DNA of 63,419 nucleotides, the filler included. It is 6 parts of 6 records of this genome, joined end to end, with 100 filler letters (N's around TTAATTAATTAA, not from the genome) between each part and the next. Parts side by side here need not be neighbours in the genome. Positions count along the whole stretch, not along the records: positions 43,783 to 56,793 come from SRR31156797_11254; positions 56,894 to 63,419 come from SRR31156797_11266; 4 more parts are not named here. One strand, 5' to 3'. Both the position numbers and the translations under genes were made by a program. Below the pieces are notes generated by a model, which saw only the letters and a program-made list of their open reading frames with translations, was not told the origin of the DNA and searched no databases. Position 1 is the stretch's first letter, and every line of letters starts with the position of its first letter. This document shows positions 52,050-61,047 of the stretch, in pieces.

Positions 52050-53837
52050 ATGAACGATAATAGCAATAAAAATATCTCGAGGTTTGCTAACCTGTTTTTC
52101 TTAGTAATACTGTTTGTGTTTTGGCGTTTCTTCTATGTCAATCACTTGGTTCAAAAAGAACAAATGCAAATGTTCTTGTGGAGCTGGGATTATTTTATTC
52201 TTCATTTAAAGCAGCCGGGTGGTTTGGTAATTTATTTAAGTGAATTTGTAATCCAGTTTTTTCTGAACAAATGGTTGGCTGCCGGTTTTATGTCGCTTCT
52301 TCTATATTCTTTGGCTTTAAGCATTAATAAGGTATATATTAAGTTGAAGAATCGCAATTTTATTGTATTGTCGTTTATCCCGGCTATTACGTATCATTTT
52401 TTTCTTTTTGATAAATATTTCCAGCTATCAGGGCTTGTTGCTGTAATTCTTTCCATTGGTTCTCTTGTTATTTATTTGAACATTAAGCGAAGAGTTTTTG
52501 CGGGAATTCTACTTCTTTTACTCAATTACTGGTTGCTGGGAGGTGCCTATATTCTTTATACACTATCAGTAATAATTATTGAATTATTACTGTTGTTCAA
52601 GAAAAATGAAAAAATAAGTGTATTGCCCCGAATAGTGCCAACCCTTATCGTTTACGTGCTTCTGGGGCTACTTATTCCGTTTTTTTCCTACCAGCTGCTT
52701 TTAACCGAAAACCTTTTGGAAAGCTATGTCTCGAGAGCATTTTATCAGATTAGCCTTATTTTTCCTACTCAACTGTACCTGTTCCTGGGGGGTATTCCTT
52801 TGCTTTTTGTAATTGCCGGTTTTGTTTCTTTTACAAGGAAAGAAAAGCAATATCTTTTTACTCTTCTATTTTCGATAGGTGTTTTGGCACTTTTTGTAAT
52901 TGGTTCGGTAATATTGCCCAATTACAATGAAGAAAGAGAGATGCAATTTGACAACCTGGTCGTTCAAAAGGAATGGAATAAGGTAATTTCTTTAGCTGAA
53001 AAAAAAGTACCCGTCGGTAAAGTTGAGAAAACAGCACTTTCGCTGGCGTTGGCTCAAACCGGACAAATGACTTCAAGGCTGTTTGAGTTTAATCCATCAC
53101 TTGATAACTTCTTTATTACTTTTAATCGTCAGGGGATGGCACCTTTACTGGCCAACGAACCTTATTTTTATTTGGGACTTACCAATTTTTCAAAAATGTT
53201 GTGTATTGAATCAATTGAATCGAAACCTGATGGTAAAATGCCGGTACGTTCTGTTAAACGATTTGTGGAAAATTGTATTATCGACGGTCAATATAAGGTT
53301 GCTACACGGTATTTATGGTATGTTGAAAAAACGCTGTTTTACCGTAAATGGGCAAAAGATGCGCGAACTTGCCTAAACAACAACGATAAAGTTGAACAGC
53401 ACCCGTTATGGGGTGCATTGCGAAGTAAGAAAACTATGGATGACTATTATTTTCAAAGCGAAAGAAATGACGTTGCTTTGATTACATTGTTGCGCAGTAA
53501 TCCTCAAAACAAAACTGCATACGAATACCTGATGAGCTGGTATTTATTGCAGAAAGATTTTGATGAGTTTTTGAAATATTTACCCTTATCAAAATCGATG
53601 GATTATGAAAATTTTCCCTTGGTTTTTCAGGAAGCATTGGCCTATGTGAAAACCTTATTTGATGAGGTGCCGGATGGATTAGAACAGTTTCCTGTTTCTG
53701 CTCAAGTGCAACAAAACTTAAACCGTTATGCCAGGGTTTTTCAACAGGGAGGAAGTAATAACCCGACTGAGATGAAAAAACAATTTGGGCATACGTATTG
53801 GTATTATGTACATTTTATTGAAACTGAGAATGAATAG
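52050..53837 (+). CDS. DUF6057-like polytopic membrane protein, copy 3
   Basis: HLVQKEQMQMFL, PGG, TM region, AYEYL, GHTYWYYVHF. Confidence 0.75.
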   Translation: MNDNSNKNISRFANLFFLVILFVFWRFFYVNHLVQKEQMQMFLWSWDYFILHLKQPGGLVIYLSEFVIQFFLNKWLAAGFMSLLLYSLALSINKVYIKLKNRNFIVLSFIPAITYHFFLFDKYFQLSGLVAVILSIGSLVIYLNIKRRVFAGILLLLLNYWLLGGAYILYTLSVIIIELLLLFKKNEKISVLPRIVPTLIVYVLLGLLIPFFSYQLLLTENLLESYVSRAFYQISLIFPTQLYLFLGGIPLLFVIAGFVSFTRKEKQYLFTLLFSIGVLALFVIGSVILPNYNEEREMQFDNLVVQKEWNKVISLAEKKVPVGKVEKTALSLALAQTGQMTSRLFEFNPSLDNFFITFNRQGMAPLLANEPYFYLGLTNFSKMLCIESIESKPDGKMPVRSVKRFVENCIIDGQYKVATRYLWYVEKTLFYRKWAKDARTCLNNNDKVEQHPLWGALRSKKTMDDYYFQSERNDVALITLLRSNPQNKTAYEYLMSWYLLQKDFDEFLKYLPLSKSMDYENFPLVFQEALAYVKTLFDEVPDGLEQFPVSAQVQQNLNRYARVFQQGGSNNPTEMKKQFGHTYWYYVHFIETENE

Positions 53838-55305
53838 GATAATTTACTTGCTGTGGATTCTGATTATTGCCCTTGTGAGTTGTAAGGAACAAAAACCTGA
53901 GCATGCAATTAATGTAAATAAATTACCGGATGTTTTTCCCGTAAATTTTAATGCAACAATTCCATTTAATACTGCACCCTTAAATTTTAAGCTGAAAGAT
54001 GATTGCAAAAAGCTATTTGTTTTGGCTAAGGGCGAGAAATCTACGCTGGAAAAAGTTTTCAATGGCAATAAAACAAATTGGAACCTTAATGACTGGTCAG
54101 CTTTTTTGGAAGAAAACAAAGATGATAGTATCTCATTTACCGTGTATTCAAAGGTAAATGAAGAATGGAGGCAGTATAAACCTTTTAGCTATTTTATTTC
54201 GCCCGACCCTATAGACAGCTACCTGATTTACCGATTGATAACGCCGGGATACCAAACCTGGAACAAAATGGGATTGTATCAACGTAATCTGACCAATTTT
54301 GAAGAAATAACCATTCTTGATAACAAAATAATGCCTCATTCCTGTATGAATTGCCATACTCTTTCGGCTAATAACCCCGATAATATGGTTTTTCATATTC
54401 GCGAAAATAAGTCCGGTACTTTTTTAATAAAAGATGGGAAACTGCAAAAACTCCTTTCAAAAAAAGAAACTCCGTTTAAAAGTGTTTCTTTCCCGTCGTG
54501 GCATCCTTCTGAAAAATACATTGCCTTTTCCATTAATAAAGTGCGACAGGTATTTCCTGCACAAGGGACAGAACGGGCTCATGCTTTTGATATGGGGTCT
54601 GATATGGTGATTTACGATGTGGAAAAGAAAGAATACATCATTTCACCAGTGCTTTATAAGGAAGAATCGTTCGAAGCTTTTCCTTGTTTTTCTCCCGATG
54701 GAAAGAGCCTTTATTACATAACTGCTCCGGCAGCTCCAATGCCTAAGGAGATCCGGAACATTCAATACAGTTTATGTCGTACTGATTTTAACTCGGAGAC
54801 CGGTGAAATAGGAAAAGATGTGGATACCTTAATTACACCCAATGTTACAGGAAAAAGCCTAACAATGCCCCGTGTTTCCCCAAACGGGAAGCATATTTTA
54901 CTTACTTTGTCAGATTACGGGAACTTTCCGGCTTATAACGAAGAGGCTGATTTGTATTTGTATACCATTGCCGACTCTTCATTAACAGAGTTAGAAACAT
55001 TAAACAGCAACCAGGTTGAAAGCTATCACTCGTGGTCTTCAACCGGGCGGTGGGTGGTTTTTAGCAGCCGCCGTATGGATGGTTTGTTTATGAATGTTTA
55101 TGTGGCTCATGTTAACGAGAATGGTCGTTTTGATAAACCTTTTCTTTTGCCACAAAAAGATCCCGATTTTCATCAATCTTTTCTTCTCTCGTTTAATTTA
55201 CCCGAGTTTGCCATTAAACCGGTTCCGGTAAGTCCTCAACAGATTGAACGTTTGGCTTCAAAAGCAGATCGTTCTTCAAACCAAAATCAACTAACAACCC
55301 ACTGA
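53830..55305 (+). CDS. TolB/PD40-like beta-propeller lipoprotein with CxxCH, copy 3
   Basis: Start ATG 53830 (ATGAATAG overlap); lipobox LVSC, YRLITPGY, CMNCH, WHPSE, SYHSWSS, PFLLPQ. Confidence 0.8.
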   Translation: MNRIIYLLWILIIALVSCKEQKPEHAINVNKLPDVFPVNFNATIPFNTAPLNFKLKDDCKKLFVLAKGEKSTLEKVFNGNKTNWNLNDWSAFLEENKDDSISFTVYSKVNEEWRQYKPFSYFISPDPIDSYLIYRLITPGYQTWNKMGLYQRNLTNFEEITILDNKIMPHSCMNCHTLSANNPDNMVFHIRENKSGTFLIKDGKLQKLLSKKETPFKSVSFPSWHPSEKYIAFSINKVRQVFPAQGTERAHAFDMGSDMVIYDVEKKEYIISPVLYKEESFEAFPCFSPDGKSLYYITAPAAPMPKEIRNIQYSLCRTDFNSETGEIGKDVDTLITPNVTGKSLTMPRVSPNGKHILLTLSDYGNFPAYNEEADLYLYTIADSSLTELETLNSNQVESYHSWSSTGRWVVFSSRRMDGLFMNVYVAHVNENGRFDKPFLLPQKDPDFHQSFLLSFNLPEFAIKPVPVSPQQIERLASKADRSSNQNQLTTH

Positions 55306-55519
55306 ATTTCTAGTGTTAAGTATTCAATTTTTATACAAGCAAATCTAGAAGGTGGTGTTTTTAGTCCAAACTTTTATCTCATACACCACCATTAGCAGGT
55401 CTTCTTATTTTACTATAGCATAAGTTTTATAATGAATTAGAAGAGGTGTTAAATTTGTAGGGCAAACGCTTTAATCCCTGAATTAAGTTAATTTGTATGC
55501 CATCATGCACCTTACTTTT

Positions 55520-56371
55520 CTATTTATTTAAAACATATCTTTTCATCCAGTTTTCTGCTAATCCGGGCCAAATTTCCGCAGCAGGATTACCTTTTCGCAA
55601 TCCGTACCCATGTCCACCTTCAGGCATAAAATGAAACTCAACAGGAATATTGTTTACTTGTAATGCATCAACAAGTACAAGGCTACTGTGTCCAGCCTTG
55701 TCGTCTGCAGTGCCAAAAAGAAACATGGGCGGTGGATTATTGTCCACTAATAACTCCTGAGTTAAAGTTCTGTAAGGACCTTGCGAAAAATAGGCACCGT
55801 AGATCAGCACTGCAAAATCGGGACGACAGGAAATAGTATCCATTTCATCGACACGTGGATAAGTTTCTTTATTATAGCGGGTACTAACACGAGCACTCAG
55901 GCTACCACCGGCTGAAAAACCCAGAACACCCAGTTTGGAATCTGCAAGACTCCATTTTGCAGCGTTCCCCCGAACAATTCTCATGGCACGTTGGATGTCA
56001 TATAAAGCTGCCAATTTTTTATTTGGAACACGGTATTGTAAAACAAATGCAGTATACCCCAGTTTTGTTAGCCATTCGGCTACTTCATATCCTTCCAGGT
56101 CCATAGCAAGTATTCTGTAACCACCTCCTGGACAAATGATTACTCCAGCACCATTTCTTATGGATTCTTTAGGCTCATAAACAATAAGTGCCGGATTTGT
56201 AACATCAGTTAAACGAATAACATTTTTACTCGTATCCGGAGTTTGCACGGGATCATGTTTCGGCTCAGTTTCGCAAGGAACATCACCTGGCCATAAATAT
56301 ATTGTATTCTTTTGGGCATAATTAAATACCGAAATGAGTACTAGAACTGTTGTGACGAAAGAAAATTTCAT
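55520..56371 (-). CDS. Secreted alpha/beta hydrolase (carbohydrate esterase-like)
   Basis: CPGGGY, GFSAGG, RPDF, GGHGYG; signal peptide. Confidence 0.85.
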   Translation of the reverse strand: MKFSFVTTVLVLISVFNYAQKNTIYLWPGDVPCETEPKHDPVQTPDTSKNVIRLTDVTNPALIVYEPKESIRNGAGVIICPGGGYRILAMDLEGYEVAEWLTKLGYTAFVLQYRVPNKKLAALYDIQRAMRIVRGNAAKWSLADSKLGVLGFSAGGSLSARVSTRYNKETYPRVDEMDTISCRPDFAVLIYGAYFSQGPYRTLTQELLVDNNPPPMFLFGTADDKAGHSSLVLVDALQVNNIPVEFHFMPEGGHGYGLRKGNPAAEIWPGLAENWMKRYVLNK

Positions 56372-56741
56372 AGTTGGTTTATTTTATCTGTTACTAAAAG
56401 TATTCTAAAAGTCTTGACCAAATGAACTCTGTAGTCGAACCACTTATAAGATACTACAAAATAGATATTTTTCTTTTTGTTAAACAAAATTCAAAAAACT
56501 ATTTCACAAAGCAGTATCGTTTGGTCAAGAATGGGTGAGGAACAAGTCGGCTTGTACCTTCTGGATGGATTCAAAGTGCATCCCTTATTCTTGAATCTGG
56601 TTTGATTGATTGTAAGATTAGCAGATCAAAAGTATAACACAGAGTTTAAATATCCACAAAATGGAAAGATGAGTTATGGACACCGTATGGTAATCTAAAA
56701 TGGGTGTTTTTGTGCCATTTTTTTGCATTTCTCCTAAAAAG

Positions 56742-56776
56742 AAAAGCGCCTAAATCCCTGAACTTAAGCGCTTTTT
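56742..56776. terminator. Inverted repeat, possible terminator
   Basis: AAAAGCGC...GCGCTTTT near the contig end. Confidence 0.4.
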
Positions 56777-56793
56777 GTTGTTGTTTGTTTTCA

Positions 56794-56893
56794 NNNNNNN
56801 NNNNNNNNNNNNNNNNNNNNNNNNNNNNNNNNNNNNNTTAATTAATTAANNNNNNNNNNNNNNNNNNNNNNNNNNNNNNNNNNNNNNNNNNNN
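56794..56893. other. Artificial contig spacer
   Basis: N run with TTAATTAATTAA. Confidence 0.99.
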
Positions 56894-57097
56894 AAGACAC
56901 CCGAAGAAAAACAACTTAGTGCTGCTTCCTTCCAGACCTGACACGGTTCGCTATCTCTCCGCCGCAAAGGACCTCATTATCAACATTACCTTTTAGAGTC
57001 AGACCAAAACCAGTCTGCACCTCAAATCGGAATTCACTTCTACTAAAGCGGGTTGTAGATCACAGGGCACCGCTACCTCCCCAGCTAGTGTGACAGG
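56894..57097 (-). ncRNA. ffs: Large (Alu-domain) bacterial SRP RNA, 3' truncated
   Basis: Reverse complement has Alu-type 5' GGGGAGGTAGCGGTGCCCTGT and S-domain GAACCGTGTCAGGTCTGGAAGGAAGCAGCAC (56919-56949). Confidence 0.92.
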
Positions 57098-57101
57098 GAT
57101 T

Positions 57102-57130
57102 ATTATAGCGAAATATCTTGTTCATGTCAA
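57102..57130 (-). promoter_or_regulatory. Sigma70 promoter of SRP RNA
   Basis: TTGACA-17 nt-TATAAT, perfect consensus. Confidence 0.88.
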
Positions 57131-57273
57131 TGTTTTTTTTACATAATTAAGAAAGTATTAGCTATCTCACTATCATAAAAAACTCGCAAAATATTGTTTT
57201 CCATATTCTAGCGCTTTTTTCATTCGGTATAATTTTTTTACATATTTTTATTTAATTTTACTCTAATCTATTT

Positions 57274-58629
57274 CTAGATATTAAAAAAAAGTTTAACTAA
57301 ATTGAAATAAACCAGCAAAGACATTACATCAATAATAGTTGTTAGTAACGGACTTGCCATTAAAGCAGGATCAAGTTTTACACTTTTTACCGCAATTGGA
57401 AGTATCCCACCGACAATTTTTGACATTATTATCGTAAACATCATACTTAAAGATACCATGATTGATATCTGCATCTTATCCTGTCTTCCTACTAAAGCTA
57501 TCTCAAGATAATAAAGTCTAAAGAAATTTATTACAGCAAGCACTATTCCTACTAATATACTTGTCCTTACCTCTCTCCAGATCACTTTAAAGATATCATT
57601 TAGCTTTACATTCCCTAGTGACAGATCTCTTATTATCAGAGCTGATACCTGAGCTCCTGCATTACCTGAGGTTCCACTCAGTAGAGGAATAAAGCTCGAT
57701 AGAACCGTAAGCTGTACTAAGATTGATTCATATTTACTGATCACGGCAGAAGTAAGCGAAGCTGAAATCATTAGTATCGCAAGCCACGGAATTCTCTTTT
57801 TTGCCATTTCAATAGGCCCTACTTCAAGATAGTTCTCTTCTAAAGGAGTAATGGCCGCCATCTTTTGGATATCTTCTGTATTTTCTTCTTCAATTACATC
57901 TACGATATCATCAATTGTGATAATTCCTGTTAGTCTGTTTTCTTTATCGATTACCGGCATAACAAGTAAATCATATTTTTTAAATTTCTCAGCGATCATT
58001 TCCTGATCATCTGTTGTATGTACTGCAACAATATCCTCGTCTGCAATATCAAGTACTTTTGTTTCTTTGGCAGATAGTATCAAATCTTTCAGCGAGACTG
58101 CACCTAAGAGCTTTCTCGTCTTATCAGTGATAAAACAAGTGTAGATAGTCTCTTTCTCTTCTCCTACCGCTCTAATGTGTTCCAGAGCCGCTTCTACAGT
58201 CATATCTTTCTTAAGCGAAAGATACTCTATAGTCATTATACTCCCTGCAGAGTCCTCAGGGTACTTTAAAAATTGATTAATTATAACTCTATTTTCTTGA
58301 GTCGTACTTCTGATTATTCTCTTAACTAAATTGGCAGGCATCTCTTCGATCATATCAATGATATCATCCATGAACAACTCATCAACAAGTTCTCTCATCT
58401 CGATATCACTAAATGCTCTGATTAAAGCCTCCTGATCATCAGGTTCAAGATAAGTAAACACCTCTGCAGCTTCATCTTTTGGTAAAATTCGATATATTAA
58501 TAATGCATCTTTTGTACCTAATAGTTTTAAGATTTCACTGACATTAACCGCGTTTAATGTTTCTAGTTCCGTTTTTAATTCTAAATATTTCTTCTGAGAC
58601 AATAACTCCTCGAATAATTTGATTTCCAT
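57274..58629 (-). CDS. mgtE: Magnesium transporter MgtE
   Basis: YPEDSAGSIMT, CBS pair, KRIPWL, GNAGAQ, DPALMASPLLTTIID. Confidence 0.95.
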   Translation of the reverse strand: MEIKLFEELLSQKKYLELKTELETLNAVNVSEILKLLGTKDALLIYRILPKDEAAEVFTYLEPDDQEALIRAFSDIEMRELVDELFMDDIIDMIEEMPANLVKRIIRSTTQENRVIINQFLKYPEDSAGSIMTIEYLSLKKDMTVEAALEHIRAVGEEKETIYTCFITDKTRKLLGAVSLKDLILSAKETKVLDIADEDIVAVHTTDDQEMIAEKFKKYDLLVMPVIDKENRLTGIITIDDIVDVIEEENTEDIQKMAAITPLEENYLEVGPIEMAKKRIPWLAILMISASLTSAVISKYESILVQLTVLSSFIPLLSGTSGNAGAQVSALIIRDLSLGNVKLNDIFKVIWREVRTSILVGIVLAVINFFRLYYLEIALVGRQDKMQISIMVSLSMMFTIIMSKIVGGILPIAVKSVKLDPALMASPLLTTIIDVMSLLVYFNLVKLFFNI

Positions 58630-58806
58630 AATTCCTCCTTAACGCTTGTTTTTATTATATTAATAAAAACCTTAGCGGAGGGAATTACTGTTCTAGATTT
58701 AATTATGCATACCATTTTTTATACCTCCAAAGGAATTATTTTTGCTTACTGCTTATCTTATAGTATATACCTTAGCATCTATTTAAACCTGCATTTCAGC
58801 ATATCC
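58628..58806 (-). promoter_or_regulatory. Structured mgtE 5' leader with uORF (candidate attenuator)
   Basis: GGAGGT-7 nt-ATG at 58715; hairpin 58628-58688 pairs GTAATTCCCTCC with the mgtE SD GGAGGAATTAT. Confidence 0.55.
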
Positions 58807-58812
58807 TTTTGA

Positions 58813-58841
58813 ATTATAACACAATTTTTTTTTTGAGTAAA
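58813..58841 (-). promoter_or_regulatory. Sigma70 promoter of mgtE
   Basis: TTTACT-17 nt-TATAAT with TG extension. Confidence 0.65.
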
Positions 58842-58842
58842 G

Positions 58843-58887
58843 AAAAGAGCTTTGTGTGACTAAACTTAATTCACACAAAGCTCTTTT
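58843..58887. terminator. Strong intrinsic terminator (bidirectional form)
   Basis: 17-bp perfect stem AAAAGAGCTTTGTGTGA/TCACACAAAGCTCTTTT just after the stop at 58902. Confidence 0.88.
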
Positions 58888-58901
58888 TGATTTATTAATA
58901 T

Positions 58902-61025
58902 TTAAAATTTAAATAATTTTTTAGCTTCTTCTTCTAATTTCTTTTCTAGTTCTTTTTGTTTTTTCTCTTCTTCAGCCTTTATTTTTGCTTCTTCTTCAGC
59001 TTTTTTCTTTTCAAGCTCCAATCTTACTTTTTCCTCTTCGGCTTTTATTTTAGCTTCCAATTCTTTTTGAGCTTTTTCTTTCTCGGCTTGTATTCTGGCT
59101 TCTTCAGCTTTTATTTTCGCCTCTAACTCTTTTCTGGCTTGCTCTTCTGCATTTTTTAGCTTTTTATCCTTCTCATTATCTAATTTATCTAGTTCTTCGT
59201 TAAACTTATCTTCAACTTCAGAGATGCCTTTAAAGCTCTCTACAGCTTTTCTTTGATCTTCAGACAGAAGATCTCCGGTTCTCTTCTCAAGATCGTTAAC
59301 ATCCGCCAATAACGAGGCTCTGTATGCTTCAATCTTTAGATTCACCTCTTTTTTGACTTTCTCTTCAGCTTTTTTCAACTCTTCTTTATAAACATCATCC
59401 AATTTATCTGAGAAAAGGTCAGTTAAGTTTGATTTAAGGATAAATTTATTATCTTCATATCCCATATTTAGAGTAAGTGTATCAATATCAGCAACTACTC
59501 CTTCAACCACCTTTTGTGTAATCTCATCACCTGTATCGCCAGGCTTAGCAAATTCAATATTAAAAATCTCAACATTAAGCATCAGACTAAACACACCATG
59601 ATCCATAGTCACATGTGATTCAGCTACTGCATCACTTTTTTTCATCTTTGCAAAACCAAGTGACTCATCTCTAAGAACAATTCCATCTTGATTAATTTCA
59701 ACTTTTTTCAGATTCGCATCTCCTCTAAAATCGATTATAGAATCAAGAGTTGTAAGTTTTTTATCTGCAATATTAGTAAGTGAAATAACTATCGGGTTAC
59801 CTGTTCTGTTTTGATTATCTGTAATATCTGTTATAACTCCATCAAATTCAGCACTATTCTGGAATACTTTAACTGTTGTCTTTTTAATCCATAATCTAGG
59901 CAGTTCAGGCATAGATTCATTTTTAGCCTTTTCTAATTCTTCTGCGCTTAATTCTTTTTTCTCTCCAAAAATACCGGTAATTTTATTATAAGTATCTGTT
60001 AATTTGAATATAAGAGTTGATGCTTTGCCTCCAAGTAATCTTTGAGTAAGCGCTTCCAATTGCTCTCTATTCATATCCCCAACAGCTTTAATATTATTTA
60101 GATCATCTTCAACTGACTTAGCCAGATCATTTTTAATTGCTGTAAGTTCACTTATATCTTTATCAAAATTTTTCTTATCTTTATCGATGTCATCAACGAT
60201 ATCTCTTCCATCATCAACTACATCTTCGATTTCGTCTTTCTTTTCTTCTAATCTTTTTAATTCCTTTTCAAAATTTTTAAAACTTTCAACATCTTTTATA
60301 TCATGAAAAAGTGAAACTAAGTTTGAAGTATCTAAATCGATATCATTAACATCTGTTTCAAGTTGTTTTATTCTATCGTCATAAGCTCTTTTAGTAACCA
60401 GATTATTCCAGTACTCCTCTTTTTCCTCTACTTTTTCTTCAGCAGCTTCGAACTCTTCTTGAAGTTTAATATCAAACTCCTTTTCCAGATTTTCAGTAAA
60501 ATTTTGATCATCGAAATCATCAAAAGCTAAGGCTTCCTCAGTTTTTTCATCAACTATTCCACCAAAATAATCTTTAACCTCTCTCGAAAATGCAGATTCC
60601 TCTTTTTCCTCTTTCACTTGTTCAACTTCAGTTTCTTTTGGTTTTAACTCATCAGGTAACTCACCTGATTCAGCTCTATCTGTACCAAGTAAAACTTCAC
60701 CAACATTTAACTCTTCAATTAGAAATTTACCTGCAAGCAAAGGTCTTGGTACCATTTTGAAGTTAGCATTATTTATTTCATATGCATTTTTCATGTAATC
60801 ATTTTTATCTGCAACTTGTAATCGATCCCATGTTACATCAAGAGTAAATAAAGGATTTTGCAGTCCTTCTATCTCTACTACAGCACCATTTGCAGCACTT
60901 CCTTTTAATTCAACAATCGCCTTAATTATCTGAATCCTCATTGCATATATAGCCGTAACTACCAATACAACTAATGCTATAACAATTGTTATATTTCTAA
61001 TAAACTTCTTAAAAAACTTCTTCAT
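58902..61025 (-). CDS. TIGR03545-like (AsmA-related) membrane-anchored protein
   Basis: N-terminal TM, ANGAVVEI, LQVAD...KN, GTDRAESG, LPRLWIKK, long coiled coils. Confidence 0.65.
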   Translation of the reverse strand: MKKFFKKFIRNITIVIALVVLVVTAIYAMRIQIIKAIVELKGSAANGAVVEIEGLQNPLFTLDVTWDRLQVADKNDYMKNAYEINNANFKMVPRPLLAGKFLIEELNVGEVLLGTDRAESGELPDELKPKETEVEQVKEEKEESAFSREVKDYFGGIVDEKTEEALAFDDFDDQNFTENLEKEFDIKLQEEFEAAEEKVEEKEEYWNNLVTKRAYDDRIKQLETDVNDIDLDTSNLVSLFHDIKDVESFKNFEKELKRLEEKKDEIEDVVDDGRDIVDDIDKDKKNFDKDISELTAIKNDLAKSVEDDLNNIKAVGDMNREQLEALTQRLLGGKASTLIFKLTDTYNKITGIFGEKKELSAEELEKAKNESMPELPRLWIKKTTVKVFQNSAEFDGVITDITDNQNRTGNPIVISLTNIADKKLTTLDSIIDFRGDANLKKVEINQDGIVLRDESLGFAKMKKSDAVAESHVTMDHGVFSLMLNVEIFNIEFAKPGDTGDEITQKVVEGVVADIDTLTLNMGYEDNKFILKSNLTDLFSDKLDDVYKEELKKAEEKVKKEVNLKIEAYRASLLADVNDLEKRTGDLLSEDQRKAVESFKGISEVEDKFNEELDKLDNEKDKKLKNAEEQARKELEAKIKAEEARIQAEKEKAQKELEAKIKAEEEKVRLELEKKKAEEEAKIKAEEEKKQKELEKKLEEEAKKLFKF

Positions 61026-61047
61026 CTCCGCCTCCTCTTTTCTTACT

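Noticed and set aside
47315-55305. Calling the propeller lipoproteins tolB
   Set aside because: No tolQRA/pal context; they are lipoproteins with a different N-terminal domain and a CxNCH motif
56400-56793. Possible mobile-element end or integrase remnant
   Set aside because: Only an inverted repeat at the contig edge; no recognisable coding remnant
58630-58806. M-box (ykoK) riboswitch upstream of mgtE
   Set aside because: Expected from context, but I could not match M-box conserved sequence by eye; reported as a different candidate leader pending an Rfam scan
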